Source: Candidatus Sumerlaeaceae bacterium
Lineage (GTDB): Bacteria; Sumerlaeota; Sumerlaeia; Sumerlaeales; Sumerlaeaceae
Reading direction: 5' to 3'
Length of the DNA: 64,000 nt
Assembly: GCA_051003195.1 (NCBI GenBank)
Contig: JBPCLP010000020.1
Span: 64,001 to 128,000, forward strand
Position 1 is the first letter of the stretch. Each line of letters starts with the position of its first letter. Below are positions 1-7,777 of the stretch, piece by piece. The translations under genes were made by a program, and so were the position numbers. The notes under the pieces were generated by a model. It was not told the DNA's origin. It did no database searches and saw only the letters and a list, made by a program, of their open reading frames with translations.

Positions 1-504
1 CGGGAGCAGCTTGCCCGCGAGGCGGGCCTCACGGTGCAGCAATGGTGCGTTCTTGAGAAGATCAGCGAGCAGCATTTTATGCCCTCGATGTTTGCGCGCA
101 ATCGTGACAGCAGCGCCGCGGCAGTGTCGAAGGTGATTCGTCAGCTTCTTGATAAAGGCGTCGTGGCGGTGGGAGTGCAGGAGCACGACGGTCGACAGCG
201 ACGCTATACGCTTACTGAGAGCGGTGAGCGCATCGTTGAGAAACTCCGCGACAGCCGCCAGCGAGCCATTAACGCCGTGTGGAACGGAATCCATCCCAGC
301 CAGCTGGAACAGTTCATTTCTTTCAGCGAGGATTTAGGTGACCGGCTGGAGACCTATATTAAACAGCAGCGGAATGGCAGCAAAGACGACGCTCTCCTGG
401 ACACCGCATTCAGTGTATGCGCGGCGGTGACGTGCACAGAAGAGCCACTCCCAGATCGGGAGCCGGTCGCTGTCATCACTTCTACAAACAAGTTTATCGA
501 CTAA
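1..504 (+). CDS. MarR-family transcriptional regulator (5' end lies before the window)
   Basis: The frame is open from base 1 (REQLAREAGLTVQQWCVL). It has a helix-turn-helix region (SAAAVSKVIRQLLDKG) and the MarR wing DGRQRRYTLTESG. Confidence 0.85.
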   Translation, partial: REQLAREAGLTVQQWCVLEKISEQHFMPSMFARNRDSSAAAVSKVIRQLLDKGVVAVGVQEHDGRQRRYTLTESGERIVEKLRDSRQRAINAVWNGIHPSQLEQFISFSEDLGDRLETYIKQQRNGSKDDALLDTAFSVCAAVTCTEEPLPDREPVAVITSTNKFID

Positions 505-519
505 AAGGACAGAGTAATA

Positions 520-1950
520 ATGGGCAAGAGCCTCTACGAAAAAGTTTTTGAGCGGCACACCGTGCGCAAGCTGCCGAGCGGACAGTACCAGGTGCTGATG
601 GGGCTGCAGCTCATCCATGAAGTGACGAGTCCGCAGGCGTTCAGCATGATTCGCGAACGCGGATGGAACGTGCTCTATCCCAATCGCAACTTCGCGACGG
701 TCGATCACATCATACCCACGCACAGCCAGGCCCGTCCGCTGGCCGATGCCATGGCGGAAGAGATGCTCGTCGCCCTTGAAAACAACTGTCAGCAGTACGG
801 GCTGAAGTTCTTCCACCCCAGCAGAGGTGAGCAGGGGATTGTTCACATCATCGGGCCAGAGCTCGGCCTTACGCAGCCCGGCATGACGATCTGCTGCGGC
901 GATTCGCATACGTCGACGCACGGCGCATTCGGGTCGCTGGCGTTCGGTATTGGGACCAGCCAGGTGCGCGACGTGCTGGCGACGCAGACGCTCGCGATGG
1001 GTAAGCTTAAGGTCCGCCGCATCCAGGTGGATGGAAAACTGCAGCCCGGAGTTTACGCCAAGGATGTGACACTTTACGTCATCCAGAAGCTCGGTGTGAA
1101 GGGCGGCGTCGGCTACGCGTACGAGTACGCCGGTGAGGTGTTCGACAACTTCACGATGGAAGAGCGCATGACGGTGTGCAACATGTCCATCGAGGGCGGC
1201 GCGCGATGTGGCTATGTAAACCCGGATCAGACAACCTACGATTACCTCAAAGGCCGCGAATTCGCACCGAAGGCCGCGGCGTGGGACAAAGCGGTCGAAT
1301 ACTGGGAAGGCATCAGGAGTGATCCCGATGCGCACTATGACGACGTGTTCTACATCCGCGGTGAGGAGATCGAGCCGGTCGTTACGTGGGGCATCACGCC
1401 GGGCCAGTCGACGAGCGTCGGCGGCAGCATCCCTGCGAAGACTGAATTCGACGAGAGCGAGCAGTCGCTGATCGAAGAGGCGTACGAGTACATGAGCTTC
1501 GAGGCGGGTCAGCCAATCAAGGGCACGAAGATCGACGTCGCCTTTCTCGGCAGTTGCACGAACGGGCGTATCTCCGATTTTGAACAGGTTGTTAATTTCC
1601 TTCGCGGCGCCGAATACCATGTCGCGCCGCACGTCAAAGCCATCGCAGTGCCGGGAAGCCAGGCCGTCAGGGAAGAGATGAAGCGCCGCGGCTACGATAA
1701 AGTGCTGAACGACGCCGGGTTCGAGTTCCGCGAAGCGGGTTGCAGCATGTGCCTTGCGATGAACCCCGACAAACTGAAGGGCCGCGAGGTGTGCGCGAGT
1801 TCCTCGAACCGTAACTTCAAGGGACGCCAGGGTTCGCCCACCGGCCGCACGCTGCTGATGAGCCCGGTCATGGTCGCAGCCTGCGCGATCGCGGGCGAAG
1901 TCGTCGATGCCCGCGAGTTCTTCCACATCGCAGAACCGGCAATGGCGTAA
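520..1950 (+). CDS. leuC: 3-isopropylmalate dehydratase large subunit
   Basis: Motifs [50 protein letters not shown]. Confidence 0.97.
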   Translation: MGKSLYEKVFERHTVRKLPSGQYQVLMGLQLIHEVTSPQAFSMIRERGWNVLYPNRNFATVDHIIPTHSQARPLADAMAEEMLVALENNCQQYGLKFFHPSRGEQGIVHIIGPELGLTQPGMTICCGDSHTSTHGAFGSLAFGIGTSQVRDVLATQTLAMGKLKVRRIQVDGKLQPGVYAKDVTLYVIQKLGVKGGVGYAYEYAGEVFDNFTMEERMTVCNMSIEGGARCGYVNPDQTTYDYLKGREFAPKAAAWDKAVEYWEGIRSDPDAHYDDVFYIRGEEIEPVVTWGITPGQSTSVGGSIPAKTEFDESEQSLIEEAYEYMSFEAGQPIKGTKIDVAFLGSCTNGRISDFEQVVNFLRGAEYHVAPHVKAIAVPGSQAVREEMKRRGYDKVLNDAGFEFREAGCSMCLAMNPDKLKGREVCASSSNRNFKGRQGSPTGRTLLMSPVMVAACAIAGEVVDAREFFHIAEPAMA

Positions 1951-1952
1951 CC

Positions 1953-2303
1953 ATGTCGCCTGTGCGCACCACATGGACTAGTCTGAGCAGAGGTGCTGCG
2001 ATCCGGTTAACCTTTATTTACGCCTTTGTCATAGCAGCGTGCTATGGATGGTTGTTCTCGAAAAGGGGAACAGTCGCGCCAGAGGTTTTCCATGACGCCA
2101 TTTACAATTCACTGCCACCCGCAATCGGCGGACTGCTTGGCTGCCTGATCTGGGTGTTCTGGGGCGAGCAGATCGTGGCGGCCAAGCAGCGCATGCGGAT
2201 CCGGCTCGCGCACAGTAAATTCAGGTTCTTGGCTGCGGAACTTCCCGGCGCAAGCAAACGTGCTCACGAGACCGAGAAAGTGGAAGATATAAAAAGGGCA
2301 TGA
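1953..2303 (+). CDS. Hypothetical membrane protein with two hydrophobic segments
   Basis: Starts 2 nt after the leuC stop. Hydrophobic stretches LTFIYAFVIAACYGWLF and AIGGLLGCLIWVFW. Confidence 0.6.
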   Translation: MSPVRTTWTSLSRGAAIRLTFIYAFVIAACYGWLFSKRGTVAPEVFHDAIYNSLPPAIGGLLGCLIWVFWGEQIVAAKQRMRIRLAHSKFRFLAAELPGASKRAHETEKVEDIKRA

Positions 2304-2352
2304 CACACCAGTTCTTAGAGATTCAGGACTATTGCCCGCGAAAGGAATATAC

Positions 2353-2598
2353 ATGAGTACTTCGGCGGACCTCAGCAGGATCAAAGCAGCCGCTTTGCAG
2401 CTTAGCGTTGATGAAAAGATCGAGCTGGCTGAAGACTTATATCTGAGCGCCAACGGGTTTTCTCCAGATGGTCTAGACCCGGAGCAGCGTATGGAACTTG
2501 AAAGACGCCTCGCAGAAGTTCGGGCAGGCACTGCTAAACTGGTACCATGGGAGCAACTGCGTGACGAAATACTGGAAGGCACCGAGCCGCTAGTTTAG
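2353..2598 (+). CDS. Putative addiction-module antitoxin (TIGR02574-like), copy 1
   Basis: Pattern ALQLSVDEKIELAEDL...ELERRLAEVRAG...VPWEQL. AAGGA RBS precedes the ATG at 2353. Confidence 0.8.
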   Translation: MSTSADLSRIKAAALQLSVDEKIELAEDLYLSANGFSPDGLDPEQRMELERRLAEVRAGTAKLVPWEQLRDEILEGTEPLV

Positions 2599-2616
2599 CA
2601 AACAGGAGATAAACAA

Positions 2617-2850
2617 ATGAAGCACGTCGGTCTCGATAGGATTACCTCACAGGCTTTAACACTACCAGCAGCTGATCGCGCCCTGCTGGCTGAGCGACTT
2701 GTAACAAGTTTGTCTGAAACGGCCGATCCTGATGTTGAAGGCCAGTGGATCGCCGAGATTCGCGAGAGATATGCAACGTATCAGCGCGGCGAATTACGCA
2801 CGATCGACGCCGAGGAGGTTTTTCGAAAGCTGGCCGACGACCGGCAATGA
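2617..2850 (+). CDS. Putative addiction-module antitoxin (TIGR02574-like), copy 2
   Basis: Pattern ALTLPAADRALLAERLVTSL...WIAEIRERY...TIDAEEVF. AGGAG RBS. Confidence 0.82.
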   Translation: MKHVGLDRITSQALTLPAADRALLAERLVTSLSETADPDVEGQWIAEIRERYATYQRGELRTIDAEEVFRKLADDRQ

Positions 2851-3131
2851 AAAAGATCCGATTTGGCGAAAGTGCTGAAGCGGAGCTTTTATTCGCCGTC
2901 AGGTGGTATGGCCAACGCAGCAAAACTGCCGCAAAGGATTTCAGGGCCGCTGTTCGCAAAGGCTGTCGACAGATCCAGCGACATCCGCAGGCTTGGGAGA
3001 TGTGGGATCCGCCCTTCCGACATTATTTAATGCGGAGTTTCCCCTTTGCACTGGTCTACCTGGAGGAAAAGCAGTCGATAGTGATCCTCGCTGTCATGCA
3101 CCTAAACCGGAAGCCCGACTATTGGAAGTAA
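2847..3131 (+). CDS. RelE/ParE-family toxin
   Basis: ATGA overlap with the antitoxin. MKKIRFGESAEAEL..AVRWY...FPFALVY...ILAVMHLNRKPDYWK is typical of ParE-like toxins. Confidence 0.85.
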   Translation: MKKIRFGESAEAELLFAVRWYGQRSKTAAKDFRAAVRKGCRQIQRHPQAWEMWDPPFRHYLMRSFPFALVYLEEKQSIVILAVMHLNRKPDYWK

Positions 3132-3164
3132 GACCGAGTTGAAGAAAAGAGAAAGCGACTAATC

Positions 3165-3779
3165 ATGGACGACTTAAAACGAGTGAAGATTACCGGCACC
3201 GCCATACCGGTGCGAGGCAATGACATTGATACCGACCGCATCATCCCGGCGCGATACCTGAAGTGCGTGGTGTTTGACGGGCTGGGCGAGCACGCCTTCG
3301 AGGACGACCGCCTCCAGCTCAAGGAGCGCGGGCAGACACATTCTTATGATAATCCGGCTTTCGCCGACGCCGAAATTCTTCTCGTGAACAAGAACTTTGG
3401 CTGTGGCTCCTCGCGCGAGCACGCGCCGCAGGCGATCATGCGCTGGGGTAAAGGCATCAAGGCAATTGTGGGCGAGAGTTTCGCAGAGATTTTCTTCGGC
3501 AACTGTGTGGCGCTGGGCATCCCGTGCGCGGTCGTAGACGAAGCCGGCGCGAACAAACTGCAGTCCGCGGCCGAGGCCAGCCCCGACGCCCAGTTCACCG
3601 TCGATGTCGACAAACAGGTCGTTACCGTGGGTAATGAAACCGTGCCATTCGAAATTCCCGCCGGTGTTCGCCAGCAGTTCCTGGAGGGAAAGTGGGATTC
3701 GACCGCGGAGTTGCTGGCGGCGCAGGCTCAGATCGCGGTTACAGCGGGGAATTTACCTTACTTTAACGGGTGGCAGTAG
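3165..3779 (+). CDS. leuD: 3-isopropylmalate dehydratase small subunit
   Basis: Motifs DIDTDRIIPARYL, NFGCGSSREHAP, SFAEIFFGNC. Confidence 0.96.
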   Translation: MDDLKRVKITGTAIPVRGNDIDTDRIIPARYLKCVVFDGLGEHAFEDDRLQLKERGQTHSYDNPAFADAEILLVNKNFGCGSSREHAPQAIMRWGKGIKAIVGESFAEIFFGNCVALGIPCAVVDEAGANKLQSAAEASPDAQFTVDVDKQVVTVGNETVPFEIPAGVRQQFLEGKWDSTAELLAAQAQIAVTAGNLPYFNGWQ

Positions 3780-3782
3780 TCA

Positions 3783-3817
3783 GGCGGGGCTGATCCCCGC
3801 AGGGGATCAGCCCGCCC
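3783..3817. terminator. GC-rich hairpin between convergent genes (likely bidirectional terminator)
   Basis: GGGCTGATCCCC-gca-GGGGATCAGCCC is a perfect 12-bp stem lying between the stop codons of leuD and the 3821..5572 gene. There is no clear U-tract. Confidence 0.65.
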
Positions 3818-3820
3818 TAA

Positions 3821-5572
3821 TCAGTTAAATAACTGCCAGTCATCCGCCGCTGTAACCACGATGCTGATGGCAAGTTCGTCAGCACCAATCACCGGCTGCG
3901 TCACACTGCGTGATTGACCGTCGATGTCTGTCGTAAGGCCGACCGGAGTTCCCAGGTAAACCGAGCCCGGGTCGCTCGTAAAATGCAGATCCGAGTTGGA
4001 GGCCCAAGCGCCAGCGCCCGCAATAACAGGAACCGTCGGATTCACAACCCGGCTGTTTGCGTCCTGTCCTGAAGCCAACTGCCACGCCGCAAAGTCGGCC
4101 ACATTAGCCACATGGCTTCCATTGGCGACATTATAACCGGCGAACTGTGCGCCGGCGTTGCCGAGATAGAAAACATTGTAGTCGGAAATGAACGGACCGA
4201 CGGCACCGCCCACCTTCCAATACACAACGCCATTGTTCTGCTCCATGCGGATGATGTTATTCTTGAGGATTGTCGTGCCTGCGTACTGCCCCTGGTTCAG
4301 TGCAAGCGCGCAGTAGCGATCCACGTTCGCCGCCTGCTGCAGGTTAGCAAAATTTGGCATGTTGATCGAGTTGTGGAGGATGTTCGTATTACACGTGACG
4401 GTCGTTCCCGCCGCAGCGCCCTGGATCGTAATTGCGCGAACGAGGCTGGGGGCTGTCGTGGTCGGAATATCTCCGAGGTCGAACCCGCCAAAAAAGTTAT
4501 TCTCGATGTTATAGGTTCCAACCTGTGGCTGTGCTATGCCCTGGCCGATAAACATCGCGCTTAGAACGCCTGCTGTATTACCCGCTGAAACGCGTAGCTT
4601 CGTCATCTTGTTGTTCTTAAAGTTGAGCGTGTAACCACTCGAGCCGTTAAAGCTATGCTCAAACAAATCAGGCCGGCTGGTGAAAGTAAACGTTTCGTCG
4701 ATCGAGCACGTGTTGTTCAGTACGTCGCCCACCGCAGGGTTCATAAAGAAGCCGCGGAAAGTTGTCTCAATCGTGTTCGAAGTAAAACTCATGCCGGTCA
4801 TGACAGTTCCGGCCGCAATGGTGCCAGAGTTTCTGCACACAATTGCCTGCCCGTTCGCAGAAGTTTTCGATCTCAGCAGGCAGTTCGTCACCGTTCCAGT
4901 GGTAGGCACGCGGTCGACGCTGCCGATGTCGCGCCTGTTCGTGAACTCGACACAGAACGATTCCAGCGTGCCGGAGGACTGCTGTTCAATCACCGCATTC
5001 TTAATCGTCGCATTGCCGCATGCTCCAACCACTCGAACGAGATAGGAGCCAACCGTCAGCGCAGAGGTATCTGTTATTTTCAGATCGCGAGTCGTGCCGC
5101 CGGGAACGTTCGACCCATCAATGGTGAAGTTGTCGGTGCCGAGAAGTTGCCCGGCCAGGTTGAGAGTCGACGTCGTGCCGATAAGCAGATGCCCCGCCCA
5201 TATAGTGCCTGCTAAAGCCGTCGTTGTGGTGAAAGTGATTGTGGGCTGGGAAGACGGCGCCGGACGCACAGTTACGCTGTTACCGTTGGTCAAATTTCCG
5301 AACGCCACGTTGTTTGGTTCGAACAAGTCAGACGCAATCAGGAGCGTCCAGTTTCCTGTGCACCCGCCCGCCAGCGAACTGAAGTCTTTCGCGGCTTCAT
5401 CAAGCGAAATGTAATCGGCACCTCCTCCCGAATTGACCGTGGAAACTCCCTGCCCTGCCGGAGCATCGCTGAACTTCTTTGCGGATCCAGCGGCAACAAC
5501 CGCCAGAATCATGAGCGTGAAAATATGGTGTTTCAATGTGGGGTTCGCTTTCTGCGCGGGCATCAGGCGCAT
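3821..5572 (-). CDS. Secreted parallel beta-helix-like protein with C-terminal TAA..W.LF motif
   Basis: N-terminal signal-like segment (IFTLMILAVVAAG). N/G/T/S-rich repeats (ILHNSI, ILKNNII, SDYNVF, TTDIDGQSR...IGADE). Ends VVTAADDWQLFN. Confidence 0.8.
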   Translation of the reverse strand: MRLMPAQKANPTLKHHIFTLMILAVVAAGSAKKFSDAPAGQGVSTVNSGGGADYISLDEAAKDFSSLAGGCTGNWTLLIASDLFEPNNVAFGNLTNGNSVTVRPAPSSQPTITFTTTTALAGTIWAGHLLIGTTSTLNLAGQLLGTDNFTIDGSNVPGGTTRDLKITDTSALTVGSYLVRVVGACGNATIKNAVIEQQSSGTLESFCVEFTNRRDIGSVDRVPTTGTVTNCLLRSKTSANGQAIVCRNSGTIAAGTVMTGMSFTSNTIETTFRGFFMNPAVGDVLNNTCSIDETFTFTSRPDLFEHSFNGSSGYTLNFKNNKMTKLRVSAGNTAGVLSAMFIGQGIAQPQVGTYNIENNFFGGFDLGDIPTTTAPSLVRAITIQGAAAGTTVTCNTNILHNSINMPNFANLQQAANVDRYCALALNQGQYAGTTILKNNIIRMEQNNGVVYWKVGGAVGPFISDYNVFYLGNAGAQFAGYNVANGSHVANVADFAAWQLASGQDANSRVVNPTVPVIAGAGAWASNSDLHFTSDPGSVYLGTPVGLTTDIDGQSRSVTQPVIGADELAISIVVTAADDWQLFN

Positions 5573-5645
5573 GAGTTATTAGGACGTCTGTAGTAAATGT
5601 ACTACGAGTGAGCTGGACTAGCGCAATGGGTATTTTAGCCGCGGC

Positions 5646-6209
5646 CTAGTTTGCAGCCGCCGTGCGGAACAGATCGCCCTGCGAGACACTTCCGTTTGTC
5701 GTGTCGTATGGCCAGGACGGCCCCTGGGCGACACCGCCGAGGAAGAAGCCATTCCTTACATTGTTCGGCTCGCTTACGCCATCAGGTCCGCGGCTGCGCA
5801 AAATCCACCGATGAAGCGGCGCTACCGGTGCCAGGGCATGCGTGTCCGGAAAGCTTCGCAGGTTCGTGTAGCTCATCCACTCACCGGCAGAACCACTCGC
5901 GGATTCGTAGAAACGGTAAAATTTATCCCGCGCCGGGACCGACGTAAGAAAGGCGACCGGCGTGGTAAGGTAGAAGTAGCGGTCAGGGTACGGCACCTCG
6001 CTGAAGTCGGGCAGCAGGTGCGGCGGGTAGGCGTTATTGTCGACCGCATATGCTTCGAGTCCTGTGGTGATGGTTCGCAGGTCGGATTTGGTCGCACTCA
6101 CCTTGGCGCGCGTCTGCGCTTCCAGGAAGTTTGGCACTGCAATCGCCGCCAGGATCGCGATAATGGCCACGACGATTAGAAGTTCGATAAGTGTAAAAGC
6201 TTTTTGCAT
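5646..6209 (-). CDS. Prepilin-type N-terminal methylation protein (GspG/pseudopilin-like), paralog 1
   Basis: AFTLIELLIVVAIIAILAAIAVPNFLEAQTRAKVS. C-terminal YDTTNGSVSQGD. Confidence 0.9.
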   Translation of the reverse strand: MQKAFTLIELLIVVAIIAILAAIAVPNFLEAQTRAKVSATKSDLRTITTGLEAYAVDNNAYPPHLLPDFSEVPYPDRYFYLTTPVAFLTSVPARDKFYRFYESASGSAGEWMSYTNLRSFPDTHALAPVAPLHRWILRSRGPDGVSEPNNVRNGFFLGGVAQGPSWPYDTTNGSVSQGDLFRTAAAN

Positions 6210-6255
6210 GACGAGTTACCGTAGCAGTTTGGATGCTGAGGTCAATCACGTTCAG

Positions 6256-6524
6256 GTCGGAGCAGTTCCGCAGCTGCCCCGGAACTTCTTCTCCGTTTTC
6301 TCGGGTTAATGATTTCCCCCATCGCGCCAGGTCGCACCACGCGTCTAATCCATCCAACTCCGGCGAAACGACCACGCACGCGACCAGAACTCGTACCCCG
6401 CCCTGGGAGTGCAACACCGCGTGCCGCACCGTAAAACCCGGGCATTCCTTTTACGCATCCCTGCACGTTTGGACCCGGTTTCGGAACAGTTCCTGAGCTG
6501 CCCCTGGAGCTGCCCCCAGAACTT
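6256..6524 (+). repeat. ~270-bp non-coding dispersed repeat, family A copy 1
   Basis: Aligns by eye along its whole length to the reverse complement of 56135-56392. It carries imperfect terminal direct repeats (CAGTTCC...GCTGCCCC..GAACTT). Confidence 0.9.
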
Positions 6525-6591
6525 AATTGGTCAAACGTCCCCAAATTTGAGGCGCCAGTTGGCTCTACATGCCCCGATCAATGGAGTGCTT

Positions 6592-7770
6592 CTACCGGGG
6601 CACCAGTCGCAGGATTTGGTCGTAAGCAACGCGCCCCTTACCTTCTGGGGGATCAAATTCGGAGGTGGAGAAGTAGAGGGTGCCGTCTGGCGCCTCTGCA
6701 ATTTCCCGAATCCTCCCGAACTGTTTTTCAAGGAGCCGTTCCTGCCGCACAACTCGTTCCCCCTCCAGCACCAGGCGGACGATGCACTGTCCGCGCAGAC
6801 AGGCGAAGAGGAAGTTGTTCTTCAGCTCCGGGAAAGCAGAGCTGCGGTAGAACAGGCCAGCAGCCGGTGCGACGGAGGGTGTATAGACCAGAAGCGGCGA
6901 CTCCATCTCGCTATGGGTTTGCTCATGATGCACAACCGGCCAGCCGTAGTTTTCCCCCGGTTTCAGAGTGTTGACCTCGTCGCCGCCGTCCGGGCCGTGT
7001 TCCGTTTGGAACTGCAAGTTGGTCACAGGCTGCCAATCCAGCCCCTGTGAGTTGCGGTGGCCATAAGACCAGATTTCAGGCCTGGCGCCCTGCTGGCCCG
7101 CGAACGGATTGTCGCCGGGAATGCTGCCGTCGTCGTTCAGGCGCAGCGTTTTTCCTGCAAGACTGTCCATTGCCTGTGCCGATTTCGGATGATCGGCGTC
7201 GCCGGTTGTCACGTAGAGTTTGCCGTCGGGTCCGAACTTGATGCGGCAGCCAGCATGGTTCGTTGCCGCGGGAATGCATTCGATCACTACGCTACGCTCC
7301 CGGAGCTTATCGCCGGACTCACGATAGCGGACTACACGAAGCCAGCTCTTGTCGGCGTCTTTGTAGGTGTATGCAAGATAGAGCCAATGTGTGTCTCCGA
7401 ATTTCGGGTGCAGCGCCATCCCCATGAGGCCCATCTTGAGCGTGGTATCAACGTCGGGCAGAGTGAGCAGCGGCTCGGGCCGGAGCTTCCCGTCCTTGAT
7501 GACCCTTAATCTTCCGGGCCTCTCCGTAAAGAGCAGCCGTCCATCGGGCGTGAAAACAATGCTCCAGGGCACGCGCAGGTCAGTCGCGACGACCTCGACA
7601 CGATACGACGCGAGCGGCCCCGCCGTCGTCTGGTGATCGCCACTGGACTGCGCGAAAGTTCCGACGCTGACGCAAAGCAGCGCTGAGAAAAGACCGCCGC
7701 TCCAGGCCCGCCGGGTTCGCTTCTCGTGCGACCGGGCCTTCAACCGCTTGGCAAAACCTTGAGTGTGCAT
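6592..7770 (-). CDS. PQQ-dependent aldose sugar dehydrogenase (GSDH family)
   Basis: PWSIVFTPDGRLLFTERPGRL, NHAGCRIKFGPDGKLYVTTGD, IWSYGHRNSQG, EHGPDGGDEVN, NYGWP. Confidence 0.92.
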   Translation of the reverse strand: MHTQGFAKRLKARSHEKRTRRAWSGGLFSALLCVSVGTFAQSSGDHQTTAGPLASYRVEVVATDLRVPWSIVFTPDGRLLFTERPGRLRVIKDGKLRPEPLLTLPDVDTTLKMGLMGMALHPKFGDTHWLYLAYTYKDADKSWLRVVRYRESGDKLRERSVVIECIPAATNHAGCRIKFGPDGKLYVTTGDADHPKSAQAMDSLAGKTLRLNDDGSIPGDNPFAGQQGARPEIWSYGHRNSQGLDWQPVTNLQFQTEHGPDGGDEVNTLKPGENYGWPVVHHEQTHSEMESPLLVYTPSVAPAAGLFYRSSAFPELKNNFLFACLRGQCIVRLVLEGERVVRQERLLEKQFGRIREIAEAPDGTLYFSTSEFDPPEGKGRVAYDQILRLVPR

Positions 7771-7777
7771 GCAGGAC

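Noticed and set aside
334..1974. 546-aa minus-strand ORF
   Set aside because: Antisense shadow of leuC with no recognisable motifs. Such ORFs are common in GC-rich, codon-biased genes.
6233..6544. Small ORFs over repeat A (and over 56108-56455) as a protein family
   Set aside because: Similarity between the copies switches frames at indels, so conservation is at the DNA/RNA level.
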